From Octopus vulgaris (lineage: Eukaryota): a DNA stretch of 64,000 nucleotides. This document shows, in pieces, positions 28,099 to 40,854 of the stretch (position 1 is the first letter of the stretch; each line of letters begins with the position of its first letter). The DNA lies in assembly GCA_951406725.2 (NCBI GenBank), contig OX597819.1:80166001-80230000 (forward strand), given 5' to 3'. The notes beneath the pieces were generated by a model, which ran no database searches, had not been told where the DNA came from, and was given only the letters and a program-made list of their open reading frames with translations. Position numbers and translations under genes: made by a program.

Positions 28099-29570
28099 GG
28101 GAATTCATACTATTATGCAAAAACAAATTTGTGTGTGATTTAAAGACGATTTAGCAGTTATTTTTAGTACATCTTACGACCACCGGATACCTCCCTTGTG
28201 TCTTTGTCACTCTGACATGCACTGATATTTTAAAATATTTTTCTTCTGATAAACACATTTAATGAAATGATGATGCTCGCAAGAGTGGTCCATTGATGGG
28301 ATTTAAGCAAAAATGTTGGACTGTCTGTATTTCAAACTATGATTTAAAAAGAAATTCGAAAAAGAGTGTAACTTTTAGGATTTATGGGGGACGGGTTTAC
28401 AATTTAAAAAAAAACACACTGTTTTTGCACAATCGTATGAATCCTCGTGTGTAGAACACAAATTTGCAAAAAATTTCTAAAAATTGCAAAAGAAAAAGAA
28501 ATATATATATATATAAGAGGTGCAGCACAGAGTTTTATCAGTGAACAGGTCGCGGTCTCAAAGCGACGAAAATATTTTGGCAAATTATATTTAAATGTTG
28601 AAGTGAATCTAACGGCTTTTGTGTGTTTCTTAAATGGCTTATAAACACCTTCCACGTTGCAATTGTTTTCGTTCCAGCACACGATCTCAGATCAGGTCAC
28701 TTGCTATGCAAGTACATCTTCGTACATCTTTCTTTTTAAATAGCTGAAACTAAGTTCTTGTATGCTTCTATTTTTGTAAACTGTAGAACGTGATTTTAAA
28801 GGAAATTTGGCAGCGATTTTTATTTCTGGTCACGCAGCGGTTTGAAGGCTTCCTCGTTAGTGGATTTGTCAGGCTTCAATTTTAGTTGACGTGTCAGGTC
28901 AGGTTCAATTCCTTGAAATGCCGATGGAAACATGTGTCTCGTAATCATGCAATTCAATGGTTCTTCCTCAAAGCCGATAAATCGGTAACTGAAGTGGGTC
29001 TCTACTGAGCTTGTTCAGTGCGGTGGAGGATGTAAACACCCAGCAGGATAGCAAATAAATACATAAAACCAATGAAAGGCGGACGAGATTCTTGGAAGCT
29101 AATGTCACCCATATCCTGGGGACGAGATGGGACCACGAGCGTTCCGAATCCCAGCGAAACATTTGAATGTTCTACACACGGGGATTCATACTATTATGCA
29201 AAAATATATGTGTGTGTAATTTAAAGACGCTTTAGCAGTTATTTTTAGTACATCTTGCGACCACCGGATACCTTCCTTGTGTCTTTGTCACTCTGACATG
29301 TACTGATATTTAAAACATTTAAAACATTTAATGAAATGATGATGCTCACAAGGGTGGTCCATTGATGGGATTTGGACTGTCAGTATTTCAAACTCTGATT
29401 TTAAAAGAAATTCGAAAAAGAGTGGAACTTTTAGGATTTATAGGGGAAGGGTTTAAAATAACCCTAAACCCACTTTTTTTGCACGATCGTATGAATCCTC
29501 GTGTGTAGAACACAAATTTGCAAAAAGTTTCTGAAAATTGCAAACGAAGAAGAAATATATATATATATAT
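28098..29570 (+). repeat. Local direct duplication of ~400 bp (28098-28514 and 29180-29570)
   Basis: Long colinear match with substitutions and indels. Confidence 0.92.
28534..28584 (+). ncRNA. HHR-like motif, G3:C8 core variant
   Basis: tca-GTGAACA-g-gtcgc-ggtctcaaa-gcgac-GAAA-atat-TT-tgg. Confidence 0.55.
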
Positions 29571-29910
29571 AGGTTGCTTAAACCAGAATTCCGATTTTTA
29601 ATTCTATTCTGAATTTATCGAACTCCGTGTAAGGGAAATCGTAGACTGTGTGCAGTGGAAAAGATTCATTAAATAATTCTGATGTCCCAATGGCAGGAAT
29701 ATAATGGGAACGACTGAACTTTTAGTTGATGGTCCTGTTGTTAGTCATCATGGTGGTGATGTTAGCAATGACTGAAGTCGTTGTGATGGTGGTGTTAGAA
29801 TACTGATATAAGAATTGAATTGGCTATTCTCGTTACTCTTGCTACTGTTATCGATGTTGCTGTTGAGGCGATGCCGACAGTAAGGGTTGATGGTCTGTTT
29901 TAGTGATGCC

Positions 29911-29949
<39 letters not shown>

Positions 29950-30807
29950 TGTTGTTGTTGTTGTTGTTGTTATTCTTGTAATGTTCCATATTGTTATGTT
30001 GCCGTAGTCGTTATTGTTCTTAGTGCCTAAATTAAAACTGACACTAAAGAGAAACGAACTCTTCAGCATTTTCATACGCTCCGAAGTGATATCACTCACT
30101 CTGCAGTGATATTACACTTTTCAGAATAATATCACACGTATCCACGCACGCACAAATACACTGACTGCGTTTCATACTTCTAGTTTCACTATCTACTTTC
30201 ACTTTCTATTTCCTGTTTTCTCCCGCCTTCCCCTTTCATTCTCCCTCACTCTATCTCTTTCTCTGTTTCAGATATTCTATCACTTTCACTTCACTCACAC
30301 ACTCAACAACTCTATTTTCTTTCCGCCAACGCCACGATCAACACCAGAACTTATAATAAAACAAACTGCACCGCTACTATCAACACCACCACTACCACCA
30401 CCTTCAGCACCTCCACCGGTACTACTAACTCTACTATAAACCTCAGCCCATCATCAACGTTATCCGTAGAAAGCAGCTTTCACCAAGTTTCATTGTCACA
30501 TTTGAGAGCCGTTCATCTTGACAGACAAGTAGCTCCCTCTGTATTTCGCGCCACTCAGCTGTTTCTCGATCTCGCTTCAATTGTCTATATATTGTGAGAG
30601 ACATGATTTGCCGACATTACTTTCGGAGCGGCTTGGCGGTGTAGCGGTATGGTGGTGTGGCAGCTTTCTTAGAGGTAATGTTTGTCATCGTGATAGTGGT
30701 GTTGGTAGTAGTAGTAGTTACGGTGGTGGTGGTGGTTGCAGATATCATCGTCATGGTTGTAATATTGAGAGACAGATGAAGGTGGAAAAGTTTTTGCAGT
30801 TGTATTC

Positions 30808-30864
<57 letters not shown>

Positions 30865-30877
30865 AATGTATGTATAA

Positions 30878-30915
<38 letters not shown>

Positions 30916-30953
30916 TGTATGTATATATATATATATAGATGTATGTGTATGTA

Positions 30954-30986
<33 letters not shown>

Positions 30987-30989
<3 letters not shown>

Positions 30990-31910
30990 GTGTAATAAAT
31001 AAAATATATGCATACATACAAACATATATGTACGTACCGACATCTACATGTATATATACATGCATATATAAATATATATATACGTACAGGACATCACGAG
31101 AAGACGAAAAAATCAACAGAACGAAAACGGAGAAGACATTTTGTTACAACAGAAGGACAGAGACGTGGAACAAGACGAAACGAAAACGAAAACGGGAAAA
31201 ACAATTATGTGTAGCAGAAAAACGAAGTACAGGACATGCTACACAAGGAAAAATCCCCTTCATCAGCTGTCGCTAGCAGACACGTGTTTCGAAGGCAAGA
31301 CAGAACACGTAAGGTCAAGCTAGGCCTTCCTACGAGAGAATTAAAATAAAATAAACTCGTAGAGGGGTAAACGAGCAGGAAAAATGTAACACAAAAAGGG
31401 ATGTAACAAAGAACTGCACAAAAAATACATACAAGAAAAAATAATACAAAATTAAAGATACATGTACACGAAAATACAAAACGAGAATTAAATTACAATA
31501 CGAGAAATCAAAAATAAACAAGAGAACAACGAAAAAGACGAACGAAAGCCTTTGTTCTGGCATGGACGAGAGGGTAACTGGCGAGCGCGAGGAAACATGA
31601 CCTTATGGCCTGAATGCAACAGGCGGAAAGGTTTAGCAGTGACGAAAGTGAGGAGAAGTAGGAGAGAGAGAGACAGATAGAGGAAGACACAGGCTAGAGA
31701 GAACGGTGAGGTAGAGAGAGCAAGAGAGAGAGAGAGAGGGGAAGTTAAAGCAAAGGGAGAGAGTTTTGCATCATTGTAGTAAACTGTAAAAACGGACAAA
31801 GAGGAGGGGACGGAACGAAGTGAGAATTCGAAAAATCGAAAATTCAAACGAACCCGACACGAAGCGCTGTCAGACAATAGTGTAATAAATAAAATATATG
31901 CATACATACA

Positions 31911-31919
<9 letters not shown>
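30987..31919 (-). mobile_element. Putative non-autonomous PLE-derived element bounded by an identical 43-bp direct repeat
   Basis: atagtgtaataaataaaatatatgcatacatacaaacatatat at 30987 and 31877; HHR core pieces at 31255-31296; sits in (TA)n. Confidence 0.55.
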
Positions 31920-31956
<37 letters not shown>

Positions 31957-32069
31957 GGAGTAAACACATAAATGTGAAACAAAGTGGAAAAAAGAGTACT
32001 CAAATACCAGTGGTAGAGCAATATGCTTTATTTAAAGCAGCAGAAAATTCAACAAAATTCTAGCAAAAA

Positions 32070-32107
32070 CTGTCTGATGAACGGCAACGAGAAACTTAGA
32101 GTAACAG
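32070..32107 (+). ncRNA. Minimal type I hammerhead-like motif at the tip of a long hairpin (32026-32140)
   Basis: ctgt-CTGATGA-acg-gcaa-cga-GAAA-cttagag-TA-acag; flanking ~30-bp inverted arms. Confidence 0.7.
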
Positions 32108-32139
32108 ATTTTGTTGAATTTTCTGCTGCTTTGAATAAA

Positions 32140-32173
<34 letters not shown>

Positions 32174-32181
<8 letters not shown>

Positions 32182-32669
32182 ATATTTCGGAATGGTCATA
32201 TTGCCAGTTTAGCCAATAAAAACACACGCACTATATATTTGGTGTTATTTTGCTTCAGTGATATTTATTTTTTACATTAATCTTAATCTTATTTCGGCCA
32301 AAGTTCTTTCGTCACACTCCTGTGACCGCATCAGTGGTCCTTTGTTTTCTTCTCACTTATTTGTGTCTCTCCTTACTAACCGTCAGCCATTTTGTATTTC
32401 TATTGTATATCTTCATTTGCGCATGCTTATATCTCTATGTGCGTCTATGTTTATTTAGTGTCTGTGTGGGGGGGGATGCCTGTAATATTTGTATCTTCTG
32501 TTTATATACATTCTTGTAATTTGTATTTTGTTTTTGTCGTTGTTGCTTTTGTTCTAATTTTTTTCATGTGTTTACATCCACCCATTATTATCATTACATA
32601 TGCTTGTATGTATGTATAACAACAATATTAGTAATAATAATAATAAATCTAATCGAAAAAAATAAATAA

Positions 32670-32724
<55 letters not shown>

Positions 32725-32735
32725 TACACATATAC

Positions 32736-32768
<33 letters not shown>

Positions 32769-33631
32769 TACATAGATATATATACATATATATAGTTATT
32801 CATTTCTATTTCTTTAATTATCTGTGTATTTATTATGTTTGCAGGATCCACTATTGTCATATGTTGTGGTGTGTGCTATTGCTCCATTCTAGTTTTCTAT
32901 TCAGGCTAGGTTTATTTTCTATTATATGTGTAGCTTCTGTAATTTGTCTAATTGTTGCATCTGCTCTATGTGTGGACAATATCTTAATCTCTATTTTGCA
33001 AACATAATAAATACACAGATAATTAAAGAAATAGAAATGAATAACTATATATATATGTATATATATCTATGTATGTATATGTATATATATATATATATAT
33101 ATATGTATATGTGTATATATGTGTATATATATATATTTTTTTTTTTTTCGATTAGATTTATTATTATTATTACTAATATTGTTGTTATACATACATACAA
33201 GCATATGTAATGATAATAATGGGTGGATGTAAACACATGAACAAAATTAGAACAAAAGCAACAACAACAAAAACAAAATACAAATTACAAGAATGTATAT
33301 AAACAGAAGATACAAATATTATAGGCATCCACTCCCCACACACACACTAAATAAACATAGACGCACCTAGAGATATAAGCATGCGCAAATGAAGACATAC
33401 AATAGAAATACAAAATGGCTGACGGTTAGTAAGGAGAGACACAAATAAGTGAGAAGAAAACAAAGGACCACTGATGCGGTCACAGGAGTGTGACGAAAGA
33501 ACTTTGGCCGAAATAAGATTAAGATTAATGTAAAAAATAAATATCACTGAAGCAAAATAACACCAAATATATAGTGCGTGTGTTTTTATTGGCTAAACTG
33601 GCAATATGACCATTCCGAAATATAACAATAT
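32174..33631 (-). mobile_element. 5'-truncated Penelope-like element with inverted pseudo-LTRs
   Basis: Near-identical inverted arms 32174-32843 and 32997-33631. The spacer encodes [45 protein letters not shown], like a GIY-YIG C-terminus. Each arm carries an HHR-like motif. Confidence 0.85.
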
Positions 33632-33684
33632 CTGTTTCAACACACGACTTCACATAAAAAATCTTGCACAACAAATATTTAAAC

Positions 33685-33755
<71 letters not shown>

Positions 33756-33757
<2 letters not shown>

Positions 33758-34825
33758 TAGGGAGACCGTGTCTAGTTGTTACAAGCCCATTGTTTCCAAC
33801 TTCAAGAAATCGGTGACACTCGGGTCTCTACCTCATGAAGGCCAGCTCCATAGCATCATGACTGTACATGTGTATTGCACTGGCGGGCTGTCACCAGGTA
33901 GGGTATGGGTCAAAAAACGATTTTTTACTCCCAAAGTGAAATTTTGCCACAAAGTTATTTTCTTAAGTACTAAAGGAGAAGTGGTGTTACTGAAGTAGCT
34001 TGTGGCTCATTAGGAAATGTTGGAAGTTGCCTTCGATACATGAAGATGTGTTCTGGATGCTATGCATTGCTAGTCCTATGTACGGGGTAATCCCCAGAAA
34101 TCCATGGTCGGAGCTAATTGTTACAGTGTATCAACTTACTCCAGGCCAGCTACACCAGGCCCAAGTTTTTCGGTGTTGTTACAAGCCCAGATATATTGCA
34201 CCTATTAAGGAAGGCTTCCCTCAGGAAGACAGGTCGAAGTCGTTGAAATCGCAAGAGGTACCAAACGGCCATTCTAACCCTAACCCCCGTAAAGCAGCGC
34301 ATAGTGGATGAAATAAACGAAGGGAAATCCGAACCAAAGAAGGCAACTGCTACAGAAAAGGCAACAAAGGGGAAGGGAAAATCAACTAAAACAGATAAAG
34401 GCAAAGGGAAGTAGCCCCGCAGCAAGCAAGTCGCCGATTGGAAATGCCTTGTCTGCTCAGAGTGGTATTCCAACTCCCTTCCAGGTGAAGAATGGGTGTA
34501 ATGCATGATCTGTAAGGACTGGGCGCACACTAACTGTACCGATGGACGACAGGACTTTCTGTGTGATCTGTGAGTCGAGAAGCTAATGGAGGACGATTCC
34601 GATTAGATGGTACGTGTAAAAGTGAGAAAATTGGTTGATGAGGACTCTCAGTATCACAGTTAGGATATGAGGTGGTTCAAAGCGCAGTTAATTAATTAAA
34701 ATAATATTTCCTAGATGCAAGAAGCAGGAGACGTATTCATTTTAAACTTGTTTGTTAACATAGTTCCGAGTTATCGACAGTTGTAACAAAGTACCCCAGT
34801 ATGTGTCATCACGTACCCTGCACTC
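33756..34825 (+). mobile_element. Internally deleted pogo-like DNA transposon with C-terminal PHD finger remnant
   Basis: Terminal gggagaccgtgtctagttgttaca and inverted tgtaacaaagtaccccagt; RKRYQTAILTLTPVK; CLVC..EEWV*CMICKDWAHTNC..FLCDL*. Confidence 0.7.
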
Positions 34826-35244
34826 GGGGAAAATTGTTTCAGCTGACACCGCCTCATTAATTAGAACCTGTCTAATTAATGTTATGTAATTTCTATTTTT
34901 TTGTTGATAATAACAATAAATAGAGATGTTTTACTAATTAAATCTGAAAAGAAACTTCAGCTGTGTTCATTTATGTGGGTGCCAAGGCAAAAAATGAAAA
35001 AATATAACGACTGGACCCCGTCTCCCCTATATATATGTGTGTGTTTGTTCGTGTGTGTGTGTTTGTTCGTGTGTGTGTGTGTGTGGCACGTGTGCGCGTA
35101 TGCATGTGGTATGGCTGTTACTGCTACTACTACTGCCACTGCTGCAGATATAGTAGGACCTGTGATAGCGGTTTGTTGTCGTTTTAGGTGCTGCTTGTTT
35201 AACCCCATATATGACCTGACAGAGTACCTTTTACCTTATTTTTA

Positions 35245-35460
35245 CCTTTTATTTGTTTCAGTCATTAGACTTCGGCCATGCTGGGGCACCACTTTGAAGA
35301 AATATTAGTTGAATGGATCGACACCGGTACTTTTTTTTAAAGACAACTACTTATTCTAGTGGGCTCTATTACCGAACCGCAAGGATACGGGGTCATAAAC
35401 ACACCAACACCGGTCGTCAAGGGGTGAGTGGGGGATAAACACAGACAAAAATACACACAC
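35245..35460 (-). mobile_element. SINE family A, 3' half
   Basis: tgtttcagtcattagac..ggccatgctggggcacc..aaacacaccaacaccgg. Confidence 0.8.
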
Positions 35461-35472
35461 ATGCACACACGC

Positions 35473-35522
<50 letters not shown>

Positions 35523-36229
35523 GTAGACCTAAAATCAAGCGCACTTAAACTATGACGATAACAAACTTTATTTTTAAGAATAGTGTAGCCAGGCATGCAT
35601 TGCGTCATCATTTCTTCTTCATATTAAGATATCACCTTATGACTTGTTGGAGATTTGGCTGTTAATTATAGCAAGTCAAACTATGATACAAAGTCTCCTG
35701 CATAAGTATTCTTCTTTAGCACAGATCACTTTTGATGACACGGGTCTATCAGCATAAGAGTTCCACAAGTGACCATCCTGTATATTCTCCCAATCATACT
35801 GAGCGTCAAACTGTATTGTTCTGTGTCTCTCTTCTTGTTTCAAACAACAGAAAGTATGAAGAATTCGTCACAATAATAAAGTTAGAGAAGATAAACTATG
35901 GCGGCACAATCTTGCGGTACAATAGGAACTGAATCATCGACGGTCAACACGCATTCTTTGTGAGTTGTAGTTGTCTATTCGTGTGACAACAAGTGTGTTG
36001 TCCGTGTGTCACGTTGTCATGTGACACTAAAAGTGCCACGTGCCTTTGTTGTTCTTTCTGATTACTCCAGTCAATCTTGATCGAAGAGATCTACGATTAG
36101 AACGTATATCAGCAGTGACCATTTCTTAATGCGTTGAGAACCTAAAACGTCATTACTCAATGTGTTATTTTCTCAAAGGGTGGCGGAATGATTCGAGGGA
36201 AACTGAGTTGGTTAATATTTCTAGCATGT

Positions 36230-36401
36230 CGGAGTGGCTGTTTGGTAAGTAGCTTCCTTACGAACAACATGGTTCCGGGTTCAGTCCCACTGCGTCGCAC
36301 CTTGGGCAAGTGTCTTCTACTATAGACTGGGGCCGACCAAAGCCTTGTGAGTGGATTTGGAAGACGGAAACTGAAAAAAGCCCGTCGTATACATACATAC
36401 A

Positions 36402-36432
<31 letters not shown>

Positions 36433-37100
36433 TCTATTACACATATCAGTTATTTGACTGCGGCCATGCTGGAGCACCACGTTAAAGGATTTTAATCAAA
36501 GATGTTGACCCTAGGACTTATTCTTTGTAAGCCTCGTACTTATTCTATCGACACTTTTGCTGAATCGCTAAGCTAGGGAACGTAAACACACCAACAACTG
36601 TTGTTAAGCGATGCTGTGGGAGACAATCATAGACACAAAGACACACACAAATAAATATATACATACGACAGGTTTCTTTCAGTTTCCGTCAACTATATCC
36701 ACTCATAAGGTTTCGGTCTGTCCGGGCCATAGTAGAAAACAATTGTCGAAAGTGTCACGCAGTGGGACTGAACCCGGTACCGTATGGTCGGGAAGCAAGC
36801 TTCCTACCCCACAGTCACGCCTGCGCCTGTGTACATGTGTGTGTGTGAATATACATGTGTGCATGTAAGCATGTGTGTGTCTGTGACTGTGTTTGTTCCA
36901 CACTACTGTTTGACAACTCGTCTTTGGTTTGTTTACGCTCCCGTAACTTAGTGGTTCGGCACAAGAAACATAGAATAAATTCCAGACATTGTTTTTTCTT
37001 TTAAAAATTCCTGGAATCGATTCGCTCGACTAAAACACTGCAGCTTATACTGGGGCAGTACTCCAGTATGGCCGCAGTCCAATGACTGAAAGAAGTAAAC
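36230..37100. mobile_element. Nested SINE A pair: plus copy (36230-36388 and 36875-37100) interrupted by a minus copy (36447-36827)
   Basis: The 5' and 3' halves on + flank a complete reverse-oriented copy lying in the internal microsatellite. Confidence 0.85.
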
Positions 37101-37694
37101 GTTAAAAGGTAATTGGATTTGGTGGTGTTTGTAGTGCAATGTATGGTGAACCGTGTTCTGTAATTTAATGTAATGCGCAGGTTATCGTGATATTTGCTAG
37201 GGTGGGGAGTTGATTTCGAGTACCTGTTGTTGTTGCTGTTATATACCTGAGGTAATGTGACATACTTTATGGCAGTTGTAGTCCTAGATGGACTGAGGTG
37301 TGGTATGATATGAGAAGTGTTTGGATTTTACTGATGTAACCAAAACACTTGCTGGGTTTTGTAAAATGTTCCAAATGAAAACTTGGCGACTTACGAAGAA
37401 ATGCGAGAAACACATGCACAGACCCTTCAATCTCTTCGCCACCAGTATCTTTCCGTATCTTATAATGTATTTATCAACCTCTCCCTCTCTCTCTCTCTCT
37501 CTCCCTCTTTCTCTCTCTCTTTCTCTCTGTCACTCTCTCTCCCTCTCTCTCTCTTTCCTTCTCCCTCTCGTTTTACACTCTACACACACACAGACATACA
37601 CATACAACCACACACATACATATTTTACATATATTTGTACCCACCTCCTCTTCGCTATCTCTAGATCAACTACAACTTCTCTCTCTTCTTTACC

Positions 37695-37730
<36 letters not shown>

Positions 37731-37938
37731 CCTCTCTCTGCTTCAATCTCTTTTGCCTTCCTTGTTTCACTATATATTTATCTCTTTCACCTTCACACTT
37801 AAGACTTGGCGTACAAAACTATGTATATATAATACATATGTATGTGTGCGTATATATGTATATATGTAAGCATGTATACATGTATAAGTGTGTAAATGCA
37901 TACGGACACACACACATATACATACATACATATACATA

Positions 37939-37998
<60 letters not shown>

Positions 37999-38194
37999 TA
38001 TATGCATACATATACGTATATGAGTATATGTACACACACATACACAGAAATACACGCACGCACGCACACACACACACATACACATATACATACCTTCATC
38101 TTTAGATCTGTCTTCCTTTCCAAAACTGTTTCTCCTCCATCTCACTATATGTCTGTTTTCATTTATGTCAGTTCATTCTCCCTCCCTCTCCATC

Positions 38195-38242
<48 letters not shown>

Positions 38243-38362
38243 CTGCTACTATATATCCATCTGTTTATCTATCTATCTATCTAGTTATCACTGATAGACT
38301 TCCTTTCACACTTTCTGATATTTTATCGTTACTACGTTCCAAACACACACACTCTCTCTGTC

Positions 38363-38393
<31 letters not shown>

Positions 38394-39139
38394 GTCTCCC
38401 TCTCTCACTCTCTCTCTCTCTCTCTCTCACTCTTCCTCACTCCTCTCACCATTTCCGTTTCATAATCTGTTTTACCTTAGTCTCCTATATCTTTCTACCC
38501 CCTCTGTCACTCTACCCATTGTGGCTTTACTCTGTCTTAACATTCACCCCCACAACTCTCTTCGTCTCTTTCCCCTTCTTCCTCTCTCTCCCTCTCACTC
38601 TTTCCTTTATTTTTCTCTCACTTTTCCCCCATGTCCTCAACTTCCTCACTTCATCTCAATGTAACTGATGCAGGAAATCAAAGAACACCGTACAGTTTCC
38701 AAAAACGTCAATTGTTTAATGAAGGTGACAGCAGCAGTCACAGATTGTACAAAGACATGTCTGCTTTTTCCTGCGAATTATTTTCCTTTTAGTAGAAACT
38801 TCTCGCTGCTTTTCCTGTCTTCCTTTCGCTCAATTTCTTCTGGATCACTCTAGTTTTTGTGACATTTTATTCCAAACTTACATCAACAACAACAATTCAG
38901 TTACAAAACTTTGACACATCATTTCATCAATTGTTATTAATGCGTGCGTGAGCGGCCTCTTCATATTTCTAACACTCTCGGTCATTTTCACTCACCTTTT
39001 ATCTTCCTTTTTATCCTGTTCTCTCACTCCCTCTCACTCATTCACTTATTCCCCTCTCTCTCTATTTCTTTCTTTCTCTCTGTCTTTTCAATATCCATTG
39101 ACTCTCCCTCTCTCTCATTTTATGTACATTATATATATA

Positions 39140-39245
<106 letters not shown>

Positions 39246-39269
39246 CATGTGTATACATATAGATATATA

Positions 39270-39338
<69 letters not shown>

Positions 39339-40383
39339 ATATACATGCACACACAGCACAAACATTTACCTACATACATATCTGCCTTTCTTACTACACA
39401 TGCACACATATGCATACATATATATATATATATACACATATACATACGAGTGTATGAGTTTGTGTGTGTGTGTGTGTTTGTGTATGAGTTTGTGTCTGTG
39501 TGTGTGCGCGCGTGCGTTCAATGCTGCACATTCGTTTTCGCTGTCTGTTATAGGATTCGATTTCGTCATTATAAACCAGCCAAACTACTCGTCAATCCAA
39601 GGTTAATTGTCCACTCCATCATCGAGTTGTTGTTGTTCTCCCACTGTTTCTTATCTGCTACCAACAACATACTACTACTGCCAAATAAATGGATGAAAAG
39701 ACATGAAAAAAAGAAAGAAAGAAGGTAGGAAGAAGAAAGAAAGGAGGAAAGACAGGAAGAAAGAAGAGGCATTAGAAGAAGTTCTCTTACCTTCTCCAAA
39801 GATTCATAGTTCTTTCGTAGTTCTGTCAAATTTCCATTATACATATGTTTGATCCAGACACACATCTTTAAATGTGTGTTTGAATCGTTGCTAGTTTCAA
39901 ACGGTTTCTCCAGGCTTTGGATTAATTTATTTATATGCTCAAGGTAGGGGTTATTATTTTACATATTTTAAGGTGGGAAAAAGAAGCATCAAGTAAGATT
40001 TCGGCCATGTTTCAACAGCCGAATTGTGAATTTCTGTTTCTTTATTATCGCCGTATGATGAATCAATGTATGGCTGTTAGTAAAGAATGGACAAAATTCT
40101 AAGAAATGAAAGTGATTACTGAGGTTTTCGTGTTGGTGTCAGTGTTGGAGTTGATATTAGAGCTAGTAGTGGGATCGTATTGGACGGATGTTTTGGAGAC
40201 GTTGGAGGCTTGTGGTGGTTGTGATTGCGGTAGCCGTGGTGTGAGTTGTGATTGTGGTGGAGGCGAGAGTGGTATTTTAGGTAGGAGTTAGTGCAAAGTG
40301 GTAACTACTGCTTGCAGTTCGGGCGCAGACCACTGCTTCAAGATTGGAAAGAGAGGTCAAAAGAAAAGATTGGTAAATAGATT

Positions 40384-40444
<61 letters not shown>

Positions 40445-40762
40445 CGGCGTACCACTCAGTGGTTAGAGCGTCGGGGTCACAATGATGAGGTAGTGAGTTC
40501 GAATCCCAGGGCTATGTTGTGTTCTTAAGCAAAGCACTTTATTTCATGTTGCTCCAGTTCACTCGTGTAGAAATGAGTTGCGATGTCACTGGCACCAGGC
40601 TGCATCTGCCTTTGTCTTTAACTTGGATAACATCGGTGGCGTGGAGAGGGGAGGCTGGTATGCATGGTCTTCCACAAATAACCTTGCCCGGACTTGTACC
40701 TCGGAGGGAACTTTCTAGGTGCAATCTCATGGTCATTCATGACTGAAGGGGTCTTTACCCTA
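40445..40762 (+). mobile_element. SINE family C variant
   Basis: ctcagtggttagagcg A box; gagttcgaatccc B box; tgtgttcttaagcaaagcacttt..ttgctccagttcactc core. Confidence 0.8.
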
Positions 40763-40798
40763 GACAGACAGCTAGATATATATATATATAGAGAGAGA

Positions 40799-40854
<56 letters not shown>

